A DNA stretch of 20,000 nt from Chromera velia (lineage: Eukaryota), in NCBI GenBank assembly GCA_018398765.1, contig JAHBMJ010000212.1, forward strand, positions 113,397 to 133,396, written 5' to 3'. Below the pieces are notes generated by a model that was not told the DNA's origin, did not search any database, and was given only the letters and a program-made list of their open reading frames with translations. Positions 10,548-20,000 of this stretch are shown in pieces. The translations under genes and the position numbers were made by a program. Every line of letters starts with the position of its first letter. Position 1 is the first letter of the stretch.

Positions 10548-11192
10548 TATCAAATTATGGAGATGCTCGGCAACTTGCCGATCAAAGCGTAAGAGGTCGG
10601 CGTTTTTGTTCCGCAGGAGAGACTCGATGGTGCCCCCAATTTCAAAAATCTGGTACGCATCCTGCGCCAGTTTTTCAAGGCCGCAAAGTCCCGCTAGCAC
10701 TGAAGGAGGTGCTAGTGGGGCAACGGTATCAAAGTCTAAGTTTTCCATAAGCTGCGCTAGGACTGCAGTTTGCACACGGACCTCCAGGCGGGACTCGGTG
10801 ATACGCTCAAGAAGCCCTTCATATCGAAGAGGAACGATGGACGGGAAGAGATGGAAATGGACTACACTTGGAGCTTGGACAGCCCACAACCACTATCCAC
10901 CTATATGGGCTAAGCTCTGCAGACATTGTAAAATGCCCGTAGCTTGGAGGCCACGCTCTAGTGCCGTACTAGGAAAAAGCTCTACTAAGTCTACCGAGGC
11001 ATCATCTAGTAAGCTTTCGTCTAGTGCATCCAGTAGGCTTGCTGAAGCCTCAATCAATTGCATACTGGCCATAACAAGCGGGACAAGGTAAAAGGGGATA
11101 ACTAGACTGCTGGTGGGGCAGTGAGGGCCTAGGAAGTCGGCAATAAGCGCTCGGACGGGGGGAGGGAAGAATCTCGGAATAAAGCGGCACAT
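10548..11192 (-). pseudogene. Orphan intronless ORF remnant of about 215 codons, unknown product
   Basis: ORFs 10893-11192 and 10524-10889 are in the same frame, split by one TAG (10895-10893). The composition is protein-like with many CTA/TTA/GTA codons. The 3' end runs into the (ATG)n repeat, so the MMMMIEG tail is repeat-derived. Confidence 0.55.
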
Positions 11193-11328
11193 CTATAACA
11201 AAAAAAAAATGTCTGGTGATCGTTCTTTCTATAGTGCTCTTTCACAATCATTTCTTACTCAGACGGGATCGTGAAAGAGTAAATTATGTGCGTTGAAGTG
11301 CCTTTGTAAGGTCAAAAAAAGCCAGCGC

Positions 11329-13064
11329 TTACTTTTGCTTGCCTGCTTGCTTGTCTCGGATACCAAACCACTCCAAAGGTGTCGCTTCTCGCAAAGATAC
11401 ACCCAGAAAATTTCTGATCTCTTCAACGGTGGCCTCTTTCCAGGTATTTCCAGCTTTTGACGGCCGAGCAGGTCGGCCGCACAGCCAGACACCCTTCTCC
11501 ACCTCCACCGGCACGCTCCCACCGTCTGGCTTCCGGTTTCCTTCCTTACATTGGTAGCCCCACTTTGCAGTAACCTTCTGCTTCTTGACCGTTACCACGA
11601 GGAAGTCGTATTTCTGAAATCTGCCGTCCTTGGGGACGATGAGAAAGGCGGTCGTCCTTTCGCCTGACACGCTTCGAGCGACATCTTCGAGAGTCTCTCC
11701 AAGACTGTCAACGTTGTCTGCGCCTGCAACTTGCTTCATACCACCAAATCTGTCCCTGGAAGTCAGATGGGGGAGGAGCCCGGAGGGGACGCTAGGTACC
11801 CTTCCCCATTCAAGCTGCAGCAGCTGGAGTGCTGTTGCAGCTCTCGTCAATCCTTCCCAACCTTTTCCGTCGTTCTCATCGGAAGTCATCAGTCTCTCAA
11901 GCTCGCCAGCTATCAGCTGGAGACTTTCACCCCACTTACTTCTCTGAAGCCTCCCACACTCCCGCAACATCGCAGCAATGTATCCGGGGGGGACCCTCAC
12001 CGCCGTTCCGTCGAAATCCATGAAACGCCACCATGGCTCAATGATCTTCGAGGGCTCGTCACCGTCCAAAAGAGTTGCAACAAGAACTTTCACCACGGCG
12101 TCCCAATTGACGGATCCATGGCGTGGATCTCCCTCCCTTCCCCCAAGAGGATCTCTCGCCAGACGATCGCGAAGTTCGTCAAACCTGCCCTTGTCATGGC
12201 AGACGAGGCCCGGGGACCGACCGTAGAAGACTACAGCCGCCGGCGTTGCCCCAGACCAGAGCTCGCGAGCGTCCTTGATATTGTCAAGCAGAGGGAGCTG
12301 GCACACCTCAACTCTGCGACCAGTGGGGAAGCCCATATCCAGACCAGATGCCACCTCGGCTTTCAGCGTGTATATGTGGCTGCTGAAGGCAAACAATCGG
12401 CCAGCGGGGACAAGGAAATTTGGTTTCAGAAAATCGTACACTTTTTGCATGGCTTTCTCGTAGTGCTTTGGAGAGAGCTTGGTTTTGCCAAGCTGAAGGA
12501 GAACATTCATCTCGTCAATGACAAGCACGGCAGGAGTCTTAGAGACCGCCCGCCTCCCGTTTATCCACGTCTCTACTTCGTCACGTGTTGCAGTGTACTC
12601 GGAGCGCCAAGAAGCAAAGGACATCGTGTGTCCACGCTCTTCATACCATTTGGTCCAGACGATGCGCTCCAGCAGCATAGTCAGCAGACCGTCGCCCTCT
12701 TCCTCTCTTCGTGTCAGCGCGTCTATCTCCTTTCCACTCACTGCTGTGCCATCCTCATCGTTGAATGAAACGAAGATGACTGGGGTCCCACGACGGTGCA
12801 ATTCCTGGGCCAGCTCCTTGAGAGCGCGGGTCTTTCCGCCACGAGAAAACCTCACGACAGCGAGGGGTGCCGCTTTTTCGATCGTATGCGTGTCGTCTCG
12901 CTTCATCAATTCCACTGCCGTGTCTGCGGTCCTCTCAACCCACGCTCTTGTCACGAATTTCTTCGGGTCTTCGCTTTTCAACTTGGGAGGTTGGACTCCG
13001 TTGACGCTCTGAAGCCTGGGCATTTTTCTCGACCCTCCGACAGTGTCCTGACTACGCTTCCTCC
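11329..13064 (-). CDS. Large terminal exon encoding P-loop NTPase plus PD-(D/E)xK restriction-endonuclease-like domain (Crinkler/RHS CR-NTPase+REase-like)
   Basis: 564-aa ORF with variant Walker A AVVRFSRGGKT, Walker B VLVIDE, FAFSSH and YGRSPG, then GKGWEGL...KYDFL...YQCK (E..D..QxK). The frame is open upstream of the ATG to a TGCAG acceptor at 13069-13065, adding RKRSQDTVGGSRK. Confidence 0.85.
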
Positions 13065-13279
13065 CTGCATACAGACCAAGCGCGCAAAAAATGGCTCATA
13101 GAACGGGCAAAAGGCACTTCTATTTATGTGGGTATGTCCCCCGGCCACGCAGACCGATACAAAAACGAGACGAACGGCCAGACCGCAGAAGCCATTGACG
13201 GTCACGGGCAAGGCACAGACGCACCCCACCCCACGGACGGCTCACGACAACGTCACTCGTTCACACCCGTTGCGCGACC

Positions 13280-13990
13280 TCGAATGTATCAGGGATGAAT
13301 TTTCGTTTGGCCGCAGTCGATCTTCAGCCACGCACGTGAACGAGCACCAAGGACACACGAAGATCCAGTCCGACCAGCCAGGTGTCGAAAGAGAGAAACC
13401 ACGGACGCAATCGACCTTCAGCCATGCACGCACGTGAACGACACACGAAGATCCAGTCCGACCAGCCAAGCGGATCGAATGTCGGAAGAGAGAAACCACG
13501 GACTCAATCGACCTTCAGCCACTCACGCAGGTGAACGAGCATCAGACACACACGAAGATCCAGTCCGACCAGCCAAGCGGAACGACGCAGTCGACCTTCA
13601 GCCACGCACATGAACAAGCACCAGACACAGACGCCTATGCACCAAACACCCGGAGGTCTCGGACCAACAGCCATTCGATCACACACAGCTGTCGTCAAGC
13701 TAAAGGAATGGAGATCTCGAATGTATCATGGAGAAATTTTCGTTCGGCCGCAGTCGATCTTCAGGCACCAGACACAATCCGACCAGCCAGACGGACGCAA
13801 TCGACCTTCGCCACGCAAACACACACGACGACCAGCCAAGCGGAACGACGCAATCAACCTTCAGCCACGCACACACGTGAACGAGCATGCACCGAACACC
13901 GTAGGACCAACAGCCAGCCATTCGATCACACACAGCTCTCGGCACTTTAATCTGGAGACACCAAACGTATGCTGGGGAAATTTTTGTTCC
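13280..13990. repeat. Complex degenerate tandem repeats inside the predicted intron 14356-13065
   Basis: CACACGAAGATCCAGTCCGACCAGCCA near 13354, 13443 and 13550. TCGACCTTCAGCCA-like motifs near 13317, 13411, 13508, 13591, 13754, 13801 and 13854. About 13645-13745 is duplicated at about 13895-13990. Confidence 0.85.
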
Positions 13991-14356
13991 GGCAAAGAAG
14001 AGAAGGGGAAGGCCCGCAGACACCCTCACGGCACGTCAGTATATGCTGCATCGAGAACTTTCGATCAGCCCGCTCCTCCCGCCTAGCTGACTTCCGCCGC
14101 GACCATCCATGATGCACCGACCCGGCCGGACTCGCACGCGTACTTCAATTAGCGACGAACGCACGCACGCACGCATACGGGGAAGCGCAGCCACACAGGT
14201 AGGTAGCTGACGGTCACGCAGGGACGCACGCACGCGGGAAAAGAAAGTCGATCTAAAGAGATGGCCGTGACGAATGTATGCTGGAGAAATTTGGGGGCGA
14301 GATGAGGATAGAAAAACGGGGAAAGGGAGAGCCGTGAGCTTCGTGGGTCCACTGAC

Positions 14357-16705
14357 CGGAGCCGCTTGCAGCTGCGGAGCTGCTGACGGGTTGATAGTCA
14401 TGCCGTCCGCCTTCACCCGAGCAGGGCTGCTGACCGTACCGATAAGTACCGTCTATCAAGAGCTGCCTTTCGCAGTTTCCGCAGACGGCCTGTACTTGTG
14501 CGGCACTGTTCCCGTAGTACGAATGGGCCAGCCGATTCTTTGTCTTGTTTGACAGCGTCCACTCTGCAAGACGCACACAGCCAGTACGACAGGATGCATA
14601 CCGACGGAATGATGACGGAATGGGCGGGCGGAAACAGCTGGTCGGTAGAGAAGAACGAGGGGCACAGAGCAGAGAGGCATAGAGAGCCGACACCAAACAT
14701 GAGAGAAAAGATGAGAACAACAAAAGATCGACGATGCCGCGGACGGAAAGGGACCTGGACCTCGAGTCTCGACGACTGCCGATCGAACAAAAGAAATACC
14801 GACCTGCGGCAACGCGGGCTTCTGCACCCTCATTGAGCGGCTCGCCTCCTCGCACACAGTCGCGGAAGTGCTGCACAGAGGAGAGAAAAGCACAGCGTGA
14901 AACGCGATTGCGCGGGACCCAGCAATTGAAGACAAGGAATAGAGACCGCCAACTCACCGAGTTCTGCAGCTCCGATTCGAGTTCCAGCTTGCAGCCATCG
15001 CCCCCAGCCAGAGGCTGCTTAAGACCTGCAGGCAGGTAAACGAGAGACTGAATGCAGATAGAGCCCACAGGCGCGTGCAGAACGCGCGCACGGAAGGAGA
15101 CAACGCTGACGTACCCCGTGCAGGTTCTTCTGGGGGGAAGCCTCGCCAATCCGACGCGAGTCGCCCTCGGCTGCCTCCAGAGCGACCCAACGCCCCCCAA
15201 TCCGCAAGAAGATCTTCCGCACCTGCAGTCGCGGGGGGCAAAGTGAAAAACGCACATGTACCCGCCGAAAAGAAGTGCGCACCTGCCAAGAAGAAGTGCG
15301 CACCTGCCGGAAAGAAGTACACACCTGCCAAGAAGAAGAGCGCACCTGCCGAAAAGAAGCTATAGGAAAAGAAGTGTGCACCTGCCAAGAAGAAGTGCGC
15401 ACCTGCCAGGAAGAAGTGCGCACCTGCCGAAGGAGAGTGCGTACATGCAGGGAAGAAGTGCGAGCCTAGCTAGAGAGAGGGAGTGCGTTCCTAGCTGCCA
15501 AGCGGAGCTGCGCACTGGGACCGCAGATGACTGCAGCCTCGACGAGCTCGAACCAGCGAATCAAAAGAAGAAGGGGGGAAGCACCACACTTTGTGCTGCT
15601 GGCAAGCAGACGACCCACCTGCGGCACTCGTGCAGATGTTCAAACGGGCGCCAGAAGGGGCCTGGGCCTGCACGCAGCGGAGGAGAGTGGGCGAAGATAT
15701 TAATAGATACACGGACAGTCCGGGGGCTCAGACGCACACAGAGAAGGAGAGGGCACCGGTCGACAGCTGACTGACCTCTTTTCGAAGGGCTGCGAACGCC
15801 TTAGACCCCATGCTCAGCTGCCGAAAGGTCTTCTCGAGACGGTCCACGGAACCTATGGAGAGATCCAGAGGAGGAAGAGACAGACGCATGAGAGAAACCA
15901 GGCGAAGAAGAGAATCGCATGCTGTCTCGAAGCTGGGAGAAGAGGCACCGCTGAGGCTTGACGAAAAACATAGCCAGCAGAACCGGCAGGGGACCCAAAG
16001 AGAGCCGACTCGCAGCTTTCGGCTAGAGAGAACCTAAGGAACCTTCCGACCGTGAGAGGCGATGCACACAGAATAGACAGCATCGGCCTACAAAAGAGAG
16101 AGAGCCGGACAGGAGGCAGAGAGACTTCCGAAAGGGGGTGACAGTCTTCAAACCGAAGTGTGACGGACCCAAGAAGGTGAAAGCACCTTAAATTGCAGGT
16201 AACCGACCGAACCAACGGAAAACCGACCTGCGGCAATGTCGGTGTCCACACCCTCCCCGAACATCTCGCGTCCTCGCACAGCGTCGCGGAAGTGCTGCAG
16301 AGAGGAGAAGGAAGCACAGCGTACAACGCGACAGCGCACGACCCAGCGGAGACAAGAGGTGGAGGCCGCCGACTCACCGCGTTCTGCAGCTCCGTCGCCA
16401 GGCTCGCGTCACAGCCATCACGCCCACCCAGAAGCTGCTCGAGACCTGCAGGCAGATGAAACGAGAGAAGGAATTCTACGGTGAAAGAGCCAGAAAGAGT
16501 CTCGACACGCCGGCGGAAATGCAGCGCGTACGCGAAAGACGCAAAGGACACCCGCTGACCGACATACTTGGTCCCAGGGCCTGTGCATGGCCTGCAGGCT
16601 GGTTTCCTCTCCAGCACCCCCCGGCACTCCCGGAATGCCTTCGGCCGGGAGGACCGCCACCTTCAGGAGCGCTGTGAGACATCGGTCCCCTGGGGTTCCC
16701 GACGA
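14357..16705 (-). CDS. Phase-consistent chain of small exons predicted to splice onto the NTPase-nuclease exon
   Basis: AG/GT-bounded exons 16705-16568, 16445-16378, 16294-16228, 15852-15776, 15667-15619, 15222-15115, 15025-14958, 14870-14804 and 14563-14357. Phases chain without stops, and the last donor (phase 1) matches the acceptor at 13064. Paralogous exons keep identical lengths (68/68 and 67/67 bp). Confidence 0.65.
15262..15462. repeat. 21-bp minisatellite GAAGAAGTGCGCACCTGCCAA, about 7 good and 2 degenerate copies, in a predicted intron
   Basis: CACCTGCC recurs near 15280, 15301, 15322, 15343, 15379, 15400 and 15421. Confidence 0.92.
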
Positions 16706-17337
16706 CTGCGGGCGCACGGAAGGGCAAGGAGACAGTTAGAAGGCATGAGCACGGAAACAGCCCGAAAGAACGCAAACGGACGGAGAATGGCGGGGCAAAA
16801 ACGAGCAGACACCTGGAGAGAGGAAAAAGCGAAGAAGAGCGGGACCCGACACCAGAAATCTGTGCGATTGGAAGCTGAAGAACCCTGTAGTACTCTCTTT
16901 CGTTTTCCATCGCGGGTCTGCTCGGCGAGACTGCCAAAGCTAAAGAACCTTGGTGTACGGCACGTCCTTTTTTGCGCGTCAATTCGGCCAGACTGCGAAA
17001 GCTAAAGAGCCTTGGTGTACTCTGCGTCTTTCGCGCATTCGATCGGTCATACTGAACAACCCGAACCGAAAGGCGAACCTGCTGACGTGTCATCTTCTTG
17101 TTGGAGAGAGACCCGCACTCCCTTGCACTCCAATTGTCCTTCCCAGAGGCGCGCCTGCAAGCCGCCTGCAACAACCGTGCACAGGGACGGAGCACCGATA
17201 GGAAGAAGAATCTCTGTGAGCTCTGATACCTCGCAGAAGCATCTAAAGCGACAGTCAAAGAGCAAGAGAGAGTCTCGACACGCCCGAAGAAATGGGCGTG
17301 CACGGAAGATGCAAAGGACACCCGCTGACCGACGTAC

Positions 17338-19616
17338 CCCGTGGAGGCCTTGCAGGCTCGACTCCTCTCCGCCACCTTCCCGCACCCCCGAACAGCCCTC
17401 GCCCGGGACCGCCACCTCCAGGACGGCCACTAGCTCCCCTGAAGTTCCCGACAACTGCAGGAAAAAAGGGCGAAATTGAACTCATGGATGAGCACAGAGA
17501 CAGCCAGAAAGAATGAAGGCAGACGGAGAGGGGCGGGGCGAAAACGAGTGAAGACCTACAGAGGGGGGAAAAAAGCCCAGAAGAGCACGAGAGATCTGTG
17601 CGATTGGAAGCTGAAGAACCCTGTAGTGCTCTCTTGCGTTTTCTATCGCGGGTCGGCTCGGCAAAGCCAAAGAGCCTTGGTGTACTCTACGTCTTTTTTC
17701 GCACGTTTCTTCGGCCAGACTGAAAAAAGCAAAATGAAGGAAGAAAAACCTGCCGACGTACTGTCGTCCTGTTGGAGGGAAACCCGCACCCTCACGCGCT
17801 CCTTGGACTCCGACTGTCCTCCCCGCAGGTGCACCAAGCCGCCTGAGCGAGACGGGGCAGACGCAGAAAACACGACTGAGCTTCGAGTCATCGCAGAAGA
17901 AAGAAAAACCGAGAAAAGCGGAACAACACCCCAGACAGACATTCCCGCATCGACTGCATGGCTGTACCAAGGACAAGCGGTGATGCAGCAAGAACGCGAA
18001 GACAGCCCTCTCAAGTTCCCGTCGCTAGCTCCCGCTTTGCCCCCTCCGCTCTGGATCTTTGAACCTGCAAAGAGAAGAGATCGAAGGAGACCTCATGCGT
18101 GCACGGCTCGACGCTAGATGCGCCCGGACTGTATCGAAGTCTCTCTCGTCCACACAACAGCACCACAATTGCCGTTCCTCGTGTTCTGACTGCAGCCCAC
18201 GCGACATTCCTAAGCCGGCAGTACACCGCAGGAGGACCGACCTACCTGTGCAAACACCGCCTCGCTGGGAGGCTGAGTCCTTCCCGTTCCCGTGGAGCGG
18301 TGTCGCCTCCCAAGTGCTCCGACGGCCCATCATGGCCCCTGCAGAGACAACGCTCCTTCGAAAGACCGTGAGGGCGTCTACTTAATGACGGGAAACGAAG
18401 AGCCACCGGTGGAAAAACCGGGGAAAAGCGACAGGAACTAGCCACACGAAGCTAAAGAACCGTTTCGTACTCTAGTGCTTCTGCACTTCTCGTGCCCACA
18501 AGACCAAGAAGGACCGCAGGGAAAAAAGAAAGAGTCACCGCTGACCTTCACATCCCGGATCTCTTGGAGACCCCAGATCCTTAGTACACCCCAGTTGCGC
18601 TCTACACCTCGCTCCCGCTCTACACCCCTCTCCCGCTCTACACCCCTCTCCAGCTCTACACCCCACTTCAGCTTTGCTCCATCCCAGCCGGACCCTCGCA
18701 CCTGCACATAGAGAACGCACAAGAAACTGCTGTCTCGTTTTTTGTGCGAGCTCATCAGGGTGAGGAAAAGACAGCTGCTGTTTCGACCTTAGAAAAAAAA
18801 GGCGGGGCTGCCGAAAATCTGCGGGCAGGGGAGTAAAGGCAGAGAACAGCATGGCCGTAATGCTGAAGGTCTGATGAGCAGGTCTAAAAGGCGGCCAGTC
18901 GACGGGTGCCTGGGGGCCCGAAAACGGCAGCGTGCTGGAGAGGGGTGCACCCGACGAAAACGAATCCCCGATACAGATGAGCAGAACAGCTAGGGCATAC
19001 CCCAAAAAATTGGAGGGTGCTGACCTTCTTTTTCCTTCAGCTCAGGGACCTCGTCTTGCTTCCATTCCGAGAATGGCATGGGTCCTGCATGCGCGCGGAA
19101 CAGTCGAAAAAGGGTTACTGGGTCAAAGTACACGTCGTTGGGATCTGGAAACGATCTTGAGAGGAATGCAGTCGAACGGGAGCCCGTCGGAGGGGTGGGA
19201 AGACCGACGAAGAGACGCAAAAGACGGGCAGTTCGAGCGACTGAGTACCCATATGGTGCATCAAGAAATTGGTGCTGACCCTCCCTTTCCTTCAGCTCCA
19301 ACGCTTCGCTTTGCTTCCACTCAGAGCACGGAACGGACCCTGCGGGCAGAAAAGTCAGACAAGAGTGGATGGGTCTGAAAAGGGCGGGCAGTCAAGAAGC
19401 CAGTCCATGCGGGCAAAAGGGCGGGGAGCGAGGATATGGGGGAACGCATTGGCCGGTCCGTCGGACGGCGACGGAGAGACGGAAAGGACGGACGATCCGA
19501 GCGACGGGCAGAGATATGGTACATCACAAGATATTTTGAAGCTGCGGGGTGCTGACCTTCCGTTTCCTTCAGCTCCGACGCCTCGCCTTGCTTCCAGTCA
19601 GAGCCCGGTGCGGACC
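17338..19616 (-). CDS. Further upstream symmetric exons, probably of the same gene (model incomplete; 5' end likely beyond the window)
   Basis: CAG/GT-bounded exons with lengths divisible by 3: 19616-19557, 19339-19280 and 19084-19025 (60 bp each), 18701-18546 (156 bp), 18338-18246 (93 bp) and 17454-17338 (117 bp). All are open in phase 1. Exons between 16.7-17.3 kb and 17.5-18.1 kb were not resolved. Confidence 0.55.
18596..18665. repeat. 18-bp tandem repeat (GCTCTACACCCCTCTCCC), about 4 copies, inside a predicted exon
   Basis: CTCTACACC at 18600, 18618, 18636 and 18654. It encodes GCRAGE repeats in the phase-1 frame. Confidence 0.9.
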
Positions 19617-19726
19617 CTGCAAGCCGAAAAGCCAAAAAAGATGAGTGGATGGATCTGTTCTGCATCACGAGCATGCACGGTGGGTGGAAGGTAGTGGCCG
19701 CAGCATATCTGTTGGGGGAGGCGGGA

Positions 19727-20000
19727 GAGGGTCTGCACGGGCCAAAGATCCGTGCGGCAGAATGGGTGGGTCTGGAAAGGGTGTGTGCGGCAGGACGGAG
19801 GGGTCTGGAGAGGGTCAGGGCGGCAGGGTGGGGGAATCTGGGAAGGGTCTGTGCGGCAGGGTGAGGCGATCTGGAAAGGGCTTCCCAAAGATTCGTGCCT
19901 GGGATCGAAAGCGTCCCGCAGAGATCTGTGTGGCAGGGTGGGAAGGGTCGTTGCGGCAAGCTGGGGGGGTCTGGGAAGGGTCTGTGCGGCAGGGTCGGGG
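19727..20000. repeat. G-rich degenerate tandem repeat of about 30-33 bp (GGAAGGGTCTGTGCGGCAGGGT), running off the window end
   Basis: About 8 units with GGGTCTG...GCGGCAG cores. On the minus strand it reads as PCRTDP-like peptide repeats. Confidence 0.85.

Noticed and set aside
5535..10895. Alternative genetic code (TAA/TAG = Gln) to explain the in-frame stops
   Set aside because: The 759-aa and 564-aa ORFs contain many Gln codons and no internal TAR, and TA gain also affects synonymous sites and non-coding TIRs. Mutation fits better, although a code change is not formally excluded.
11193..11332. Intron joining the NTPase exon (GTAAGC at 11332) to the orphan ORF (poly-T..TAG at 11193)
   Set aside because: The donor is phase 2 and the orphan frame needs phase 0. 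Splicing there would hit a stop within about 22 codons.
11339..13101. Plus-strand ORFs, including the 345-aa ORF at 11731-12768
   Set aside because: Antisense shadows of the NTPase-nuclease exon with no recognisable motifs.
13280..13990. CRISPR-like array
   Set aside because: The sequence between repeats is itself repeated and irregular, there are no cas genes, and the context is a eukaryotic intron.
14253..18117. Long ORFs (334, 254, 299 and 213 aa) as single-exon genes
   Set aside because: They run through predicted introns or are antisense in GC-rich, stop-poor DNA. Only the exon-sized parts are supported.

Overview
This is a eukaryotic, intron-rich and repeat-rich window; the organism cannot be determined from the sequence. 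The right half (11.3-20 kb) holds one minus-strand multi-exon gene model. Its short, mostly phase-1 exons occur as duplicated or triplicated modules and splice in phase onto one large terminal exon encoding a P-loop NTPase plus PD-(D/E)xK nuclease-like protein (Crinkler/RHS 'CR' type architecture). The left and middle part (3.1-11.2 kb) is a block of intronless minus-strand ORFs that looks foreign. It contains a C2HC zinc-finger/coiled-coil protein whose C-terminus resembles, from memory only, uncharacterised giant-virus proteins. It also contains a chromodomain ORF with a possible integrase-like segment and one orphan ORF. These three frames are broken only by TAA/TAG stops, with no frameshifts, and nearby repeats show CpA>TpA/TpG>TpA changes, a RIP-like signature. 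An inverted, intron-containing paralog of the right-hand gene sits between two of these ORFs. AT-rich zones carry an 8-bp-TSD MITE and a TA-TSD element nested in a copy of itself. No rRNA, tRNA or CRISPR array was seen.
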